64,000 bases of DNA, taken from Patescibacteria group bacterium. Lineage in GTDB: Bacteria; Patescibacteriota; Patescibacteriia; Magasanikbacterales; UBA922. Position 1 is the first letter of the stretch, and the number at the start of each line of letters is the position of its first letter. The notes under the pieces are model-generated. The model was given only the letters and a program-made list of their open reading frames with translations, was not told where the DNA came from and searched no databases. This document shows, piece by piece, positions 50,191-60,510 of the stretch. The position numbers and the translations under genes are program-made. The DNA is taken from assembly GCA_018823045.1 (NCBI GenBank), contig JAHJIX010000013.1:21125-85124 (forward strand), written 5' to 3'.

Positions 50191-50308
50191 CTCCTCCCCC
50201 TACGAGGGGGAGTTAGAGGGGGTTCATTTTTACAATTGATATAATTAAGTAGTAATCATTCTTTATCTACTCCGAAAGACCCCACCTAACCTCCCCTCAT
50301 AGGGGAGG
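50191..50308 (-). repeat. pair of GC-rich hairpins in the groES-groEL intergenic region
   Basis: ctccccc-tacga-gggggag (50194-50212) and cctcccc-tcata-ggggagg (50290-50308), within an otherwise AT-rich spacer. Confidence 0.5.
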
Positions 50309-50331
50309 AACAATATAAATAACTTATTTTT

Positions 50332-50622
50332 TTACTCAATAATTGCTAAAATATCTTCTGCATCAAAAATTTTATATTCTTCCCCATTCATTGTTACATC
50401 ATCTCCGCCCCATGATTTAACAAGAACATTATCCCCAACACTCACTTCCATTGCAATAGGTGTTCCCGTATCTGAAACTTTTCCTGGACCAACCGCAATA
50501 ATTTTCCCCTCTGTTTTTTTCTCTTTATCCACATTGCTCGGCAAAACTATGCCAGATTTTGTTACTTCATCTTCCTTTGCAAGTTGAATAAGTACTCTAT
50601 TTCCAAGTGGTTTGATGTTCAT
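50332..50622 (-). CDS. groS: co-chaperonin GroES
   Basis: 96 aa; MNIKPLGNRVLI... canonical. Confidence 0.95.
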   Translation of the reverse strand: MNIKPLGNRVLIQLAKEDEVTKSGIVLPSNVDKEKKTEGKIIAVGPGKVSDTGTPIAMEVSVGDNVLVKSWGGDDVTMNGEEYKIFDAEDILAIIE

Positions 50623-50650
50623 ATATATATGATTAAAGAATAAATAGACA

Positions 50651-50677
50651 TTATCACTCTTATTTAATGAGTGCTAA
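50651..50677 (-). promoter_or_regulatory. CIRCE operator (HrcA binding site) upstream of groES
   Basis: TTATCACTC-N9-GAGTGCTAA matches the TTAGCACTC-N9-GAGTGCTAA consensus with one mismatch. Confidence 0.75.
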
Positions 50678-50993
50678 TGACATATAGTATTTTACAATAT
50701 CCATGATATTTGTCAAGAGAACAATAGATCTAAAAATAGAGCATATTATTGTAAATAAAAAAGCCCACTATTGGCATACGCCCACAAAGCCGTCCATTAT
50801 GAGATGTCGTGATGCCTGTCGTTCCACGAAATCGAATGGCGAGCAATATGTGCAATATGCCAATACTGAGCTCTTAACTGATATCTATTTTCTCATGAAT
50901 AGCCTCTTTTGTCAATAGGATACCTATAAACAAGTTATACACAGTATAAAATAAAAAATGGGTGCAGCTCTTACAAAGCTACACCCGTCCAAA

Positions 50994-51314
50994 TCAACTC
51001 GTCGGTGTACCCATCATCAAAGACTCAGGATCACAGGGGACAAACGCCCCACCCTGACGAACGAGACGACCTTCCAAAACGAGGATACCCTTGTCCTCCC
51101 CAAAAACAGGGATACAACGGGTCTCGGTCCTACGGAGATCCTTCTGCCCTGGGACACAGGTTACAGGTCCGATGCGTAGCTTTCCATCCTTCCCTACCAA
51201 ATACCCATAAGCTCCTCCATCTACTGGCTGACAATAGCAAGCAAACTTGCCATCACAGGCAAAGGTGGAAGAAGGGATATTGATGAGGATGAGTGAAAAG
51301 ATAAACCACTGCAT
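50994..51314 (-). CDS. small secreted Cys-containing protein in a GC-rich islet
   Basis: 106 aa; signal peptide MQWFIFSLILINIPSSTFA; local GC far above flanks; terminator 50959-50990. Confidence 0.5.
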   Translation of the reverse strand: MQWFIFSLILINIPSSTFACDGKFACYCQPVDGGAYGYLVGKDGKLRIGPVTCVPGQKDLRRTETRCIPVFGEDKGILVLEGRLVRQGGAFVPCDPESLMMGTPTS

Positions 51315-51496
51315 GTTGGCCTCCTAAACCAAACGTTATTGATCAGATGTCCCTCCTAACTAAGGGACTAGAGAGTATCGCACAAAATGAAGAGTTTGTC
51401 AACCCTATATTCCTTAAACAAGCAAAAAAATATGTATTAAAAAAGAACATAGCCTGCCCCCTGCCCTATCTATAAATAGGTCAAAAGACTATGTTC

Positions 51497-52165
51497 TTAT
51501 TCTCCTTCCTCCTTTTTTTTGAAGATGTTTACTATCTGCTCACGATAATCATCTATTTCTTCCTGTGCCTTAAAAAGTTTCTCTTTAGTCCCCTCAAAGT
51601 CAGCTATTGGGAAAAGAGGGAACATTGCAAAAAGCAACAATACGAAAAAACTATCAAAATCAGGGGCAAAGGTGATCCAAGCAATTATCATAACCATTAT
51701 CGTAGACAGCATATAACCAATTTCAAAGTAATTTCTTATTTTAAGACTTACTTTACTAAAAAAGACAATGTCTTCTTCTTGATTCTTGAGCAAATATTCA
51801 ACAATATTCTGTATCCCACCCATATTCGTGGTGAAATACTCTATTGTGAAAATTTGCTTGAATACAACACTCATTTTTTCAACTTGATTATATCTTTTCT
51901 TTAAGGAAGATAACTCATTTTCAACTATCTTACTTTGATAAGCATCCATATTCCTACATATTCTCCACAGAGGGTAAAGAATCACCAAGATTGCGGAATA
52001 ACCATTATCAGAAATTCCATAGTGCCTCAAGATATGGAAAAGAACAAGGCTAATCAAGAAAATATAAGAGCCAATTAACAAAAGTGACAATAACTCCATC
52101 ACTATGAATTTTAAAAAGAGCCAGATGCATTTCATATTGAAACACCCCCTTTGTGTAACGTCCAT
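51497..52165 (-). CDS. hypothetical membrane protein
   Basis: 222 aa, 4 TM, acidic C-terminus. Confidence 0.45.
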   Translation of the reverse strand: MDVTQRGCFNMKCIWLFLKFIVMELLSLLLIGSYIFLISLVLFHILRHYGISDNGYSAILVILYPLWRICRNMDAYQSKIVENELSSLKKRYNQVEKMSVVFKQIFTIEYFTTNMGGIQNIVEYLLKNQEEDIVFFSKVSLKIRNYFEIGYMLSTIMVMIIAWITFAPDFDSFFVLLLFAMFPLFPIADFEGTKEKLFKAQEEIDDYREQIVNIFKKKEEGE

Positions 52166-52209
52166 CAGACTTAATGGACTATATATTTAACCACAAAATG
52201 CAGAAAATG

Positions 52210-53553
52210 TCAATAGCTACTCTTTTTATCCACAAACAAAACAAATATAATCGCCATCATTACCACCCCAACCCAACTTGTATACAAATAGTGGTCACAA
52301 AAAAACAATGGGGCAAATATAATACATCTATCCCACCGAAACTGTTTAGGAGACATGCGTAAATACTTTTTAACAAAAACAGAGAGTGCATATAGCGCTA
52401 AAATAAGGCCCGCGATACCATATTCTATAAAAAATAATAACGGAACAACATGCACTGGTTGAAGCATATATCCTGAAAGATTGTTATCAAGCATAAACAT
52501 TTGAGCAGTATAATTACCCACCCCAACACCACGAGGCCAATACCATTTAAGCATGTTTCCTGCAGTGGATACAGATGTTACTCGTTCATGAATTGATTGC
52601 ACTTCATGCGCACTAGCACCAAATAATCGTGTTGTAGTAATAGAAGAAAAAGTAATTCCAAAAATTAACAACATGAACACGATTGGTAATACAATATAGA
52701 GTAGTTTATCCCACTTTTTCTTTTTATATACTTCAATACATACACATAGTAATAATATTCCTAACCCCAACAATGCAGAACGACTCCAGGTAAATAATAA
52801 TGCCATACTATGGAGCGCAACAATCGAAACATGGACATAACGCCATTTTTTTGCAACAGGATATATAAAAACCAACAACACCATTGCTAGTAACAAATAC
52901 CCACCTAAGATATTCGGATGTGGTAAACTTCCATATGCACGCAACCAACGCTCCCCTTCTGTAACGATAACAGAAGTCCCTGGCATATGCGCAACATGTT
53001 CAGTCAAACCAAATAGTGTTGAAGACCCACCTGTTTTTTGTAATAAAAATTGACCAATTGCAAAAAAAGATTGAGTAGTACTCCCGATAATAAATGGAAT
53101 AATAATCTTTTTTAATGGTATATCTAAAAGTAAAAAGAAAAGAATCGTTCCCTGTAAAAATACTCGAGCGACATGTAATGCCAGTGATGTATCTGCCGCC
53201 CAAAAAATAGATATATATCCATATAGTACTGGTAACAGCAATATAAACATGTATTTATATTGCTTTTGTAAAACACTTTCTGAAAAATCAAACTTGATCT
53301 TTAACAGTGTCGGAATCATCCTTGTCAGCAAAAACAACCAAAAAACAATTTCTGTGATATAAAAACCAAGTGTCCCATATGTCCATGGAGACCCACCTAC
53401 TTCAGCAACACGATACAGTAATACCGTTTGCCATGGAAGTAATATTAAAAATGCCCACAATAATACTGGTTCAACAGCAGTACTCCATTTTACCAATTTA
53501 GGCAACAGCTTCTTGCCACAACTTTTGAAATAATTTTCGACGATCATTTTCAT
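52210..53553 (-). CDS. O-antigen ligase/polymerase family membrane protein (Wzy_C-like)
   Basis: 12 TM; conserved WSRSALLGLG loop motif. Confidence 0.6.
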   Translation of the reverse strand: MKMIVENYFKSCGKKLLPKLVKWSTAVEPVLLWAFLILLPWQTVLLYRVAEVGGSPWTYGTLGFYITEIVFWLFLLTRMIPTLLKIKFDFSESVLQKQYKYMFILLLPVLYGYISIFWAADTSLALHVARVFLQGTILFFLLLDIPLKKIIIPFIIGSTTQSFFAIGQFLLQKTGGSSTLFGLTEHVAHMPGTSVIVTEGERWLRAYGSLPHPNILGGYLLLAMVLLVFIYPVAKKWRYVHVSIVALHSMALLFTWSRSALLGLGILLLCVCIEVYKKKKWDKLLYIVLPIVFMLLIFGITFSSITTTRLFGASAHEVQSIHERVTSVSTAGNMLKWYWPRGVGVGNYTAQMFMLDNNLSGYMLQPVHVVPLLFFIEYGIAGLILALYALSVFVKKYLRMSPKQFRWDRCIIFAPLFFCDHYLYTSWVGVVMMAIIFVLFVDKKSSY

Positions 53554-54424
53554 GAAATTTTAATATATTATCTGAAATAATAACACGAGAATCAGCTTCA
53601 TATTGAATGCTTTTTCTATTTTTTTTCATTTTTGTATCTTGTAACCCTTTGGCCAAATTATTCACCATATCACCATAAGCACCCTTCCATGCGATTTCAA
53701 AAAATCGTTTCACAATCTTACTCATACGATGATCTTTGACAAACCACTCCTTTGACACATGTACTTCATATTTTGACCGAACATGTGCATCTGCCCAAGT
53801 ATTTTCTAATTGTATCCGCCGATACACATGATGTGGATCATATATTGGTATCAAGGTTTTTAACCAATAAGCCAAATAAATATCTGGCGAGGAATCAATA
53901 CGAATCGCAGAAAAATTGAGTGCCGTATCTACCCCATAAAAACTTAAACAAATACGATCTGTTGTCTTTTTATTTGAACGACGAATACCGCGAAGTGCCG
54001 TAATCATCGTTACTAAAAAACGTGTAATCCATATTCTTCCTTGCTTCACCACAATAAACACATCAATATCACTATCTTTGTCTACGCCTATTTGTATCTG
54101 ATTACACACATAAACCGCTTGCACAAATGGAATATAACGATACAACTTTGCAGCCTTCTTTGCTATTTTCATTTTCTTTGCGACAAACCACTGACGCTTT
54201 CTTCGTACAGTAATATGCGCTTGTTTCCCCGCTAACATATAATAGCCTTCTGAAAAAACAATCCGATCATCATCTAATTGCTCAAGAGCCTTAAAAAACT
54301 CTGCATAAGATAGTTTTGGCCCTTCCCACAAATACTGATACAACTCTTCACGTGTCAGTGGATACGAAAATAAATCAAAATAGACCAAGGTATGATAAAT
54401 AGATTGTGACAAAGCATTATCCAT
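53498..54424 (-). CDS. hypothetical protein with nucleotidyltransferase-fold motif
   Basis: G...DKDSDIDVFIVV resembles the Pol-beta-type NTase GS-x-DxD motif; overlaps the downstream ligase gene by 56 nt. Confidence 0.45.
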   Translation of the reverse strand: MDNALSQSIYHTLVYFDLFSYPLTREELYQYLWEGPKLSYAEFFKALEQLDDDRIVFSEGYYMLAGKQAHITVRRKRQWFVAKKMKIAKKAAKLYRYIPFVQAVYVCNQIQIGVDKDSDIDVFIVVKQGRIWITRFLVTMITALRGIRRSNKKTTDRICLSFYGVDTALNFSAIRIDSSPDIYLAYWLKTLIPIYDPHHVYRRIQLENTWADAHVRSKYEVHVSKEWFVKDHRMSKIVKRFFEIAWKGAYGDMVNNLAKGLQDTKMKKNRKSIQYEADSRVIISDNILKFHENDRRKLFQKLWQEAVA

Positions 54425-54505
54425 ATGACACTAGTGTATCACATATAACCAATTGTTTAAAATAATAAAAAACAGGCCGTTATGTCACGCCTGTTTTTCC
54501 CTTAT

Positions 54506-54793
54506 TTATTCTTCTCGTAAAGCAACTGCTGGAGTTGAGGATTGAACATGTTTTGACTCTGATACTTTTACATCATCTTTTATGACCGTATCGTAAACAC
54601 GCATAATCTTTTCTTCAAACCCAATAACCTGATCACGATGCACACGCAGCATTGCTCCAAAAGGACGTTTCACATCATACTGAACAATCGCTTGATTATC
54701 TGTATCAAACAAGACATCAACGACTTTGCCTAAGTCAGTATTTAACTTTGTCTTTACCCGCATGCTTTTTAATTGTTTGAGAGATAAGCGCAT
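54506..54793 (-). CDS. PRC-barrel domain protein (YlmC/YmxH-like)
   Basis: 95 aa; pattern of the small PRC barrel. Confidence 0.5.
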   Translation of the reverse strand: MRLSLKQLKSMRVKTKLNTDLGKVVDVLFDTDNQAIVQYDVKRPFGAMLRVHRDQVIGFEEKIMRVYDTVIKDDVKVSESKHVQSSTPAVALREE

Positions 54794-54796
54794 ATA

Positions 54797-55543
54797 TTAT
54801 TCAATAATAGTGCCTTCAATAACATCACTGTTTTCTTCTTTTGATTTTTTTAAAATGAAATGTTGTTGCAGTGCTTGAGCAAGTGTTGATAAAAACCAAT
54901 ACAATGCCAAACCACCAGGCAATTGTGTACTAATAATCACTGTCATGATTGGCATAAAATACAACATTTGCTTATTCATCATGGTCATCATGTTTTCATC
55001 TTTTGCACCCTCACCTGCTTTTTGCGGCGCTTTCTTTATAGAAAACATTTTTGCTTGCCAATATTGCGCGGCACCAGCAAATACACCTAACACAATATTT
55101 GGATTAGCCAATTCAAATATTCCTAAAGAAACAGTATTAATGTGACCTGGATTTTGTATGAATGCATATAGCATTTCAAAATTATTGCTAGATAAACCAT
55201 CACGAAGTACCCAATACAATGATAAAAATATCGGTAATTGGATGAGTAATGGCAAACAAGAACCAAATGGATTTACCTTATGCTCTTTATAGAGCTTCAT
55301 GGTCTCTTGTGCTAATGTTTGTTGATCATCTTTATATTTTGCTTTCAATGCATCCATCTTTGGTTGCAATTCAGATAAAGACTTTTGTGCATTAATTGAT
55401 TTACTTGTTAGTGGATACAATGCTAACTTTAATAATACTGTAATAATTAAAATAGCAACCCCAACATCAGGGACGAGGTCATATAACCCAACAAATAAGT
55501 TAAAAATTGGTTGATACAGTATTGTTTGAAATATTTCGGTCAT
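54797..55543 (-). CDS. yidC: membrane protein insertase YidC (short form)
   Basis: 248 aa; conserved core LALYPLTSKS ... NPFGSCLPLLIQLPIF. Confidence 0.88.
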   Translation of the reverse strand: MTEIFQTILYQPIFNLFVGLYDLVPDVGVAILIITVLLKLALYPLTSKSINAQKSLSELQPKMDALKAKYKDDQQTLAQETMKLYKEHKVNPFGSCLPLLIQLPIFLSLYWVLRDGLSSNNFEMLYAFIQNPGHINTVSLGIFELANPNIVLGVFAGAAQYWQAKMFSIKKAPQKAGEGAKDENMMTMMNKQMLYFMPIMTVIISTQLPGGLALYWFLSTLAQALQQHFILKKSKEENSDVIEGTIIE

Positions 55544-55594
55544 AAAGTAGGTTAATATCTATGTTGTGGAGTATAGCAAGATTAGCGATAAAAA

Positions 55595-56731
55595 TCAACC
55601 GTTTTGCTCGTAGATAGCTAAGGTCTGCTCAGCCATTTGCTTCCATGAATATCTTGACAATTCGCCTTTTGCACGCTCTTTTAGCACAAAACGAATATGA
55701 TCATCGCTGAGTGCCCGGTACATTTGCTCTGCCAATTGCTCTTTATTTTCAGGATCAGCATATAGTGCAGCTTCTCCTAAAATTTCAGGAAGACAGGTTC
55801 TGTCAGACGATACAACAGGCACACCATATTTCATTGCTTCTAGTGGTGGCAAGCCAAACCCTTCATATAAACTTGGTGTAACAAAAAGTGATGCCGTTTC
55901 ATATAACACTTTTAATTGATCATCTGGAACAAAGTCAGTATAAATTACTTGTGTACATGCTCTCATTTCCTTACTTTCAAGCAGACGTGTATAAAAAGGA
56001 TTTTTCTGCCCCACCAATACTAATTGATAATCATTTCCATATGTTTGTTCAAAAACATGCCAGGCCTCGAGTAATCCTTTTACATTTTTATGTGGATACG
56101 CTGCACCCACATATAACACATGGGGTCGAAATATATTATATGTTTCAAGCACAGACAATGGTTTCCCTTCACCCTCTTTAATATCAATAGGGGCTTCATA
56201 TGATACCGTCATTTTTTCTTTTGGCACACGCAATGTTGTATGAACATCTTCTTTAGTAAACATACTTGGCACTAAAACATGCCGTGCCTTTTTTACCGCA
56301 TGACTTAAAATAAAACGATGCACTCTATTTTTAAAGAAAAAAAGAAGTGGTCCCAAAGTAGTTGCTTCTGGCCTTGGAAAATGATACATAATAAGATCAT
56401 GCACGGTCACCACAAATGGATCATTATACAAATATGGCACATTCCAATGTGGGAAATGCATACAGTCAACTCCTTCTGCACGAATAAGCGCTGGCATTTC
56501 TTTTTGTTCTTTAAAAGAATACCAAGGAATCTCTGTATACACTACACGTATATTTGCATGAAGTTCTTGAAACAATGGCATATATATTTGCGCCATTTCT
56601 TTTTTCATAAACAACACAAAACTATGTTCTTTACTTTTTTCTAATGCAAACATATGCAATAACAACTGCTCAATATATCGCCCAATGCCAAAGCTTGGAC
56701 TAATCATGCGAGCATCAATACCAATATTCAT
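55595..56731 (-). CDS. glycosyltransferase family 4
   Basis: EGFGLPPLEAMKYGVPVV EX7E motif. Confidence 0.8.
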   Translation of the reverse strand: MNIGIDARMISPSFGIGRYIEQLLLHMFALEKSKEHSFVLFMKKEMAQIYMPLFQELHANIRVVYTEIPWYSFKEQKEMPALIRAEGVDCMHFPHWNVPYLYNDPFVVTVHDLIMYHFPRPEATTLGPLLFFFKNRVHRFILSHAVKKARHVLVPSMFTKEDVHTTLRVPKEKMTVSYEAPIDIKEGEGKPLSVLETYNIFRPHVLYVGAAYPHKNVKGLLEAWHVFEQTYGNDYQLVLVGQKNPFYTRLLESKEMRACTQVIYTDFVPDDQLKVLYETASLFVTPSLYEGFGLPPLEAMKYGVPVVSSDRTCLPEILGEAALYADPENKEQLAEQMYRALSDDHIRFVLKERAKGELSRYSWKQMAEQTLAIYEQNG

Positions 56732-57840
56732 AATATATTATTTATAAGAGAAAGAAATTGTTTTGCTGAAGATTCCCACTGAAATAATTCTACTTGTTTC
56801 TTGTCCAAAACACAAAAACGTTCTCGCAAATCACTACTCGTTAACATATGGCCAATTCCATCAGCAATAGTATCAATATGATACGGATCAACATAATACG
56901 CAGCTCCTCCCATAACTTCTGGGAGTGATGATGAATTACTCGTAATCACAGGACAATGATAATATGCAGCTTCTACGGGAGGAAACCCAAATCCTTCATA
57001 AAAACTCGGGAATAATGCAAGTGTTGCATGCTCATAGAGAAAACGCTTTTGCTCAGCAGAAATATAGCCAAGTGCATGAACACCAGGTGTATATTGTACC
57101 ATAGCTTGCACATCTTTGCACTTCCAACCAGGAGCTCCGGCTAATACTAAGTCATACCCCATATCATGGGCATGACTTTTTACATATGCATGAATAATAC
57201 CACGAATATTTTTTCTTGGTTCGCATGTTCCAACATACACCATATATTTTTGAGGCAAATGTTCTATTACCTCACTTTTTTCTATGGCGGTCACTCCTGG
57301 ATAGATCACAGATACTTTTTCTTCTGAAAAATGATAATAATCAACCACATCTTGCTTGGTATTATATGATGGAACAATGACCTGATCAGCTAATCGTGCC
57401 TGTCTTTTTGCATTCACTAATTTATGCCATAATTGTTGTTTTTTTGTAAAAAATTTTGGATATAACAAAAAAGACAAATCATGAATCGTCATAATATGTC
57501 GAACGTCCAAAGACAATGGTGTAAAATGCATATTAGGAGAAAACCATACATCAACAACACTCCCTGTTTTTTTACTTACATATTGATCAAGACGTGGATA
57601 ATGCAAGAGATACAAACAGAAATGAAGAAACTTATTTGACATAGGCAAATGCACCGATTGTACATGAGTATACTTTTGCCATTTTTTAGGAAATTTTACC
57701 TGCTGTTTTCCACTTGTGAATAAGGTAAATATGTGTTGCGTTTCTAAAGAAAACAAGGAATCCAAAAGTCCTTCAATATACTGACCCACTCCAGTTTTAT
57801 ACTCTCCCATCCAAGGACGAAGATCAATCGCAATATGCAT
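56728..57840 (-). CDS. glycosyltransferase family 4
   Basis: EGFGFPPVEAAYYHCPVI motif. Confidence 0.8.
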   Translation of the reverse strand: MHIAIDLRPWMGEYKTGVGQYIEGLLDSLFSLETQHIFTLFTSGKQQVKFPKKWQKYTHVQSVHLPMSNKFLHFCLYLLHYPRLDQYVSKKTGSVVDVWFSPNMHFTPLSLDVRHIMTIHDLSFLLYPKFFTKKQQLWHKLVNAKRQARLADQVIVPSYNTKQDVVDYYHFSEEKVSVIYPGVTAIEKSEVIEHLPQKYMVYVGTCEPRKNIRGIIHAYVKSHAHDMGYDLVLAGAPGWKCKDVQAMVQYTPGVHALGYISAEQKRFLYEHATLALFPSFYEGFGFPPVEAAYYHCPVITSNSSSLPEVMGGAAYYVDPYHIDTIADGIGHMLTSSDLRERFCVLDKKQVELFQWESSAKQFLSLINNIL

Positions 57841-57841
57841 A

Positions 57842-58966
57842 TTAACGAATATCTAAACGACACTGATTTAACCCACGTGACATTTCTTCATAGCGATCAT
57901 GTACATATCTTTGAATTTTTTGTTTAAAAATTTCTGCTGAAAATTTTTGTGCATGCGCTTGAATGGCAACTCTATCCCATGTTTGTGTATCAAAAAAAAG
58001 CATCGTATCAAGAAGATCTTCCCATGTTTGCTGATAAAAAAACACCCCTGTTTTATCTGGAATAACGGTTTCTGTAACCCCACCAATTCCATAAGCAATC
58101 ACCGGACAACCACTTGCCATAGCTTCAATAGGAGTAATCCCAAAATCTTCTAATTGTGGATGTAAAAATCCTTTTGCTTTTGATAACAAATTATTTTTTT
58201 CTTCATCAGAAATACGCCCTAAAAAATGAATATTTTCTTTGGCCATGTTTTTTAATTTTTTTTCTTCTGAACCCGTTCCAAAAATATAGAGCGGCCAACC
58301 TAAACGATTAAAGACATGAATGAGTAAATCAAACCGTTTATATGATACTAAACGCCCACCTGAAATATAATATTTTTCTCCCTTATCTGATACCAATCCT
58401 TGTTCCACATCTACTGGCGGATATAGTACATCACTATCCCGTCTATAATATTTTTCTATACGCTGATGAACCGTATTTGAATTTGCAATAAAATGGTCAA
58501 CACGATCAACACTCATTTTATCCCATAAACGAAGATGGTGAATCAACTGACGCAACACCACACGCAAGACCACATTATATTTAAGAGAATCAATATACTC
58601 ATGTGTATCAGTCCAAAGATACCGTGTTGGTGTATGACAATACGAAATATGCAATGTATTTGGACGCGTTAAAACACCCTTTGCAAAAGCACTTGTAGAA
58701 GAAAGAACAACATCAAATTCATCTAAATTATGTCGTTCTGTTGCTCGAGGCATTAAAGGTAAAAGCCAGCGATAGATACGTCCAATCCCAGGGAATCGCC
58801 CGATAAATGATTGATGAATTTCTGCATTATCAAATCCTTCAACGCTCCCCTTTTTATGAAATAATACAAAAATGGGCGCTTCTGGCCAGATCTCATGAAA
58901 GGCTTTTAGTACCCGCTCGGCTCCCCCATCTTGTGCTAAGTAATCATGAACTAATGCAATTTTCAT
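57842..58966 (-). CDS. glycosyltransferase family 4
   Basis: EDFGITPIEAMASGCPVI motif. Confidence 0.8.
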   Translation of the reverse strand: MKIALVHDYLAQDGGAERVLKAFHEIWPEAPIFVLFHKKGSVEGFDNAEIHQSFIGRFPGIGRIYRWLLPLMPRATERHNLDEFDVVLSSTSAFAKGVLTRPNTLHISYCHTPTRYLWTDTHEYIDSLKYNVVLRVVLRQLIHHLRLWDKMSVDRVDHFIANSNTVHQRIEKYYRRDSDVLYPPVDVEQGLVSDKGEKYYISGGRLVSYKRFDLLIHVFNRLGWPLYIFGTGSEEKKLKNMAKENIHFLGRISDEEKNNLLSKAKGFLHPQLEDFGITPIEAMASGCPVIAYGIGGVTETVIPDKTGVFFYQQTWEDLLDTMLFFDTQTWDRVAIQAHAQKFSAEIFKQKIQRYVHDRYEEMSRGLNQCRLDIR

Positions 58967-59003
58967 ACGCTATCAACAATAATCTTAGAATCAAAACAAC
59001 AAC

Positions 59004-60422
59004 TTACACTACATCTCGTCTCTTAAATAATATGAAAGGAGTTTTAATAAAAACAATAAAATCAAGCCATAAACTCCAACGCTCAATATAGAGTAAATCC
59101 AATTGCATTTCTTCTTCAAAACTCAAATCACTTCTTCCTGAAATTTGAGCAAGTCCTGTAATCCCTGGACGAATACTAAACACTGTTGGATGATCTTTTT
59201 CATAATGAGCAACCTCTCTTGGTTGATGTGGACGAGGACCAACAATACTCATTTCTCCTTTTATGACATTTATAAATTGGGGTAATTCATCGATACTAAA
59301 ACGACGAATGACATGACCAAATTTTGTCACTCTTGGATCATTTGCAATCTTATAAATAGGACCTTTCTTTGTACTTTGTTTTTTAATGAGTTCCTTTTCT
59401 CGTTCTTCAGCCTCTGCACCAGATACGCCAAATTGTGCACCTGTAGAATCCACTTGATACATCGAACGAAATTTATATGTAAAAAAAGTTTGTCGTTTTA
59501 ACCCGACACGTTCATTTTTGTAAATAACCGGCCAACCCGTCTCAAGTAAAATAACAATTGAAGTGAGTAATAACACAGGACTCACTAATACAAGTACTAC
59601 CACACTCAATACAGTATCAAATAAACGTTTTGTCACCTTTCCCCATCCATCAAGTCGTGTTGGCTTTAACTCAACCATTGGTATACCAACAAGTGGGTGA
59701 ATACTCATATTAGAAGAGAGTGTCGCAAATACATCCGCTGAATACGTAAAACGAATATGCGCTTGATTTGCAAAACGAAGCAATGCTAATGACTCTTTTT
59801 CTCGAACATGTGACTCAGTTAAAATCACTTGTTCAATATATAATTTTTCTAATTTCTTCTGTACTTCTTTTGTAAAATGAGGAAAGATTCCAACAACGGT
59901 ATACCCTAATTCTTTTCTTTCTTTAAATGCTTTTTTTAATGTTTTTGCAACGTCATTGTCTCCAATAATCACCACATGCTTTAAGCCATAACCTTTTCTA
60001 TATGCCAACGCTTTTACTGCCAGCACCCATAAACGCCCGAGGATAATAAATATTGTCCCCATAATCCAACCAGCAGCAAGCAAAAATCGAGAATCAAAAA
60101 TTTGCTGGCTAAATACGAGATACATTGAAATAATAGAAAGTGCTGCCAAAGAAGTTATCACAATACGAGACATGTCTTTTGCAAATCGTCGATGTACTTG
60201 TGGCGTATACAGCCCCGCAAAGGCAAAAAGTACAATCCAAATAACAATTGGCCAAAACGCGTACTCTAAAAATTGTATGAGAGAAAAGTCAAACAATACG
60301 GGACGCGCTACCACAACACGCTCACTCAAACGAAGCGCATAAGCACTGAGTGCAGCACAAAGCAACATCACAGCATCAATAGGTACTTGAAGTACCATAA
60401 AAAAGAGTTCAAAACGTTTCAT
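59004..60422 (-). CDS. undecaprenyl-phosphate sugar phosphotransferase (WbaP/bacterial sugar transferase family)
   Basis: Conserved C-terminal domain KFRSMY, DELPQFINVIKGEMSIVGPRP. The ORF track extends to 60707, but the real start is probably MKRFELFF at about 60422, outside rnpB. Confidence 0.8.
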   Translation of the reverse strand: MKRFELFFMVLQVPIDAVMLLCAALSAYALRLSERVVVARPVLFDFSLIQFLEYAFWPIVIWIVLFAFAGLYTPQVHRRFAKDMSRIVITSLAALSIISMYLVFSQQIFDSRFLLAAGWIMGTIFIILGRLWVLAVKALAYRKGYGLKHVVIIGDNDVAKTLKKAFKERKELGYTVVGIFPHFTKEVQKKLEKLYIEQVILTESHVREKESLALLRFANQAHIRFTYSADVFATLSSNMSIHPLVGIPMVELKPTRLDGWGKVTKRLFDTVLSVVVLVLVSPVLLLTSIVILLETGWPVIYKNERVGLKRQTFFTYKFRSMYQVDSTGAQFGVSGAEAEEREKELIKKQSTKKGPIYKIANDPRVTKFGHVIRRFSIDELPQFINVIKGEMSIVGPRPHQPREVAHYEKDHPTVFSIRPGITGLAQISGRSDLSFEEEMQLDLLYIERWSLWLDFIVFIKTPFILFKRRDVV

Positions 60423-60474
60423 ATAGATTGGTGTTATTTCCCTTATTATAGTGCAAAAAAAACAATACGTCAAC

Positions 60475-60503
60475 TTGACAAAAGAGTAAAAATATGATAT
60501 ATT
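60475..60503 (+). promoter_or_regulatory. sigma70-type promoter (TTGACA-17-TATATT) for RNase P RNA
   Basis: TTGACA 60475-60480; TATATT 60498-60503. Confidence 0.55.
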
Positions 60504-60510
60504 GTATAAG

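Noticed and set aside
50703-50918. 71-aa ORF downstream of the CIRCE/groES promoter region
   Set aside because: No RBS or conservation cues. It sits in the groES upstream regulatory region and is probably noncoding.
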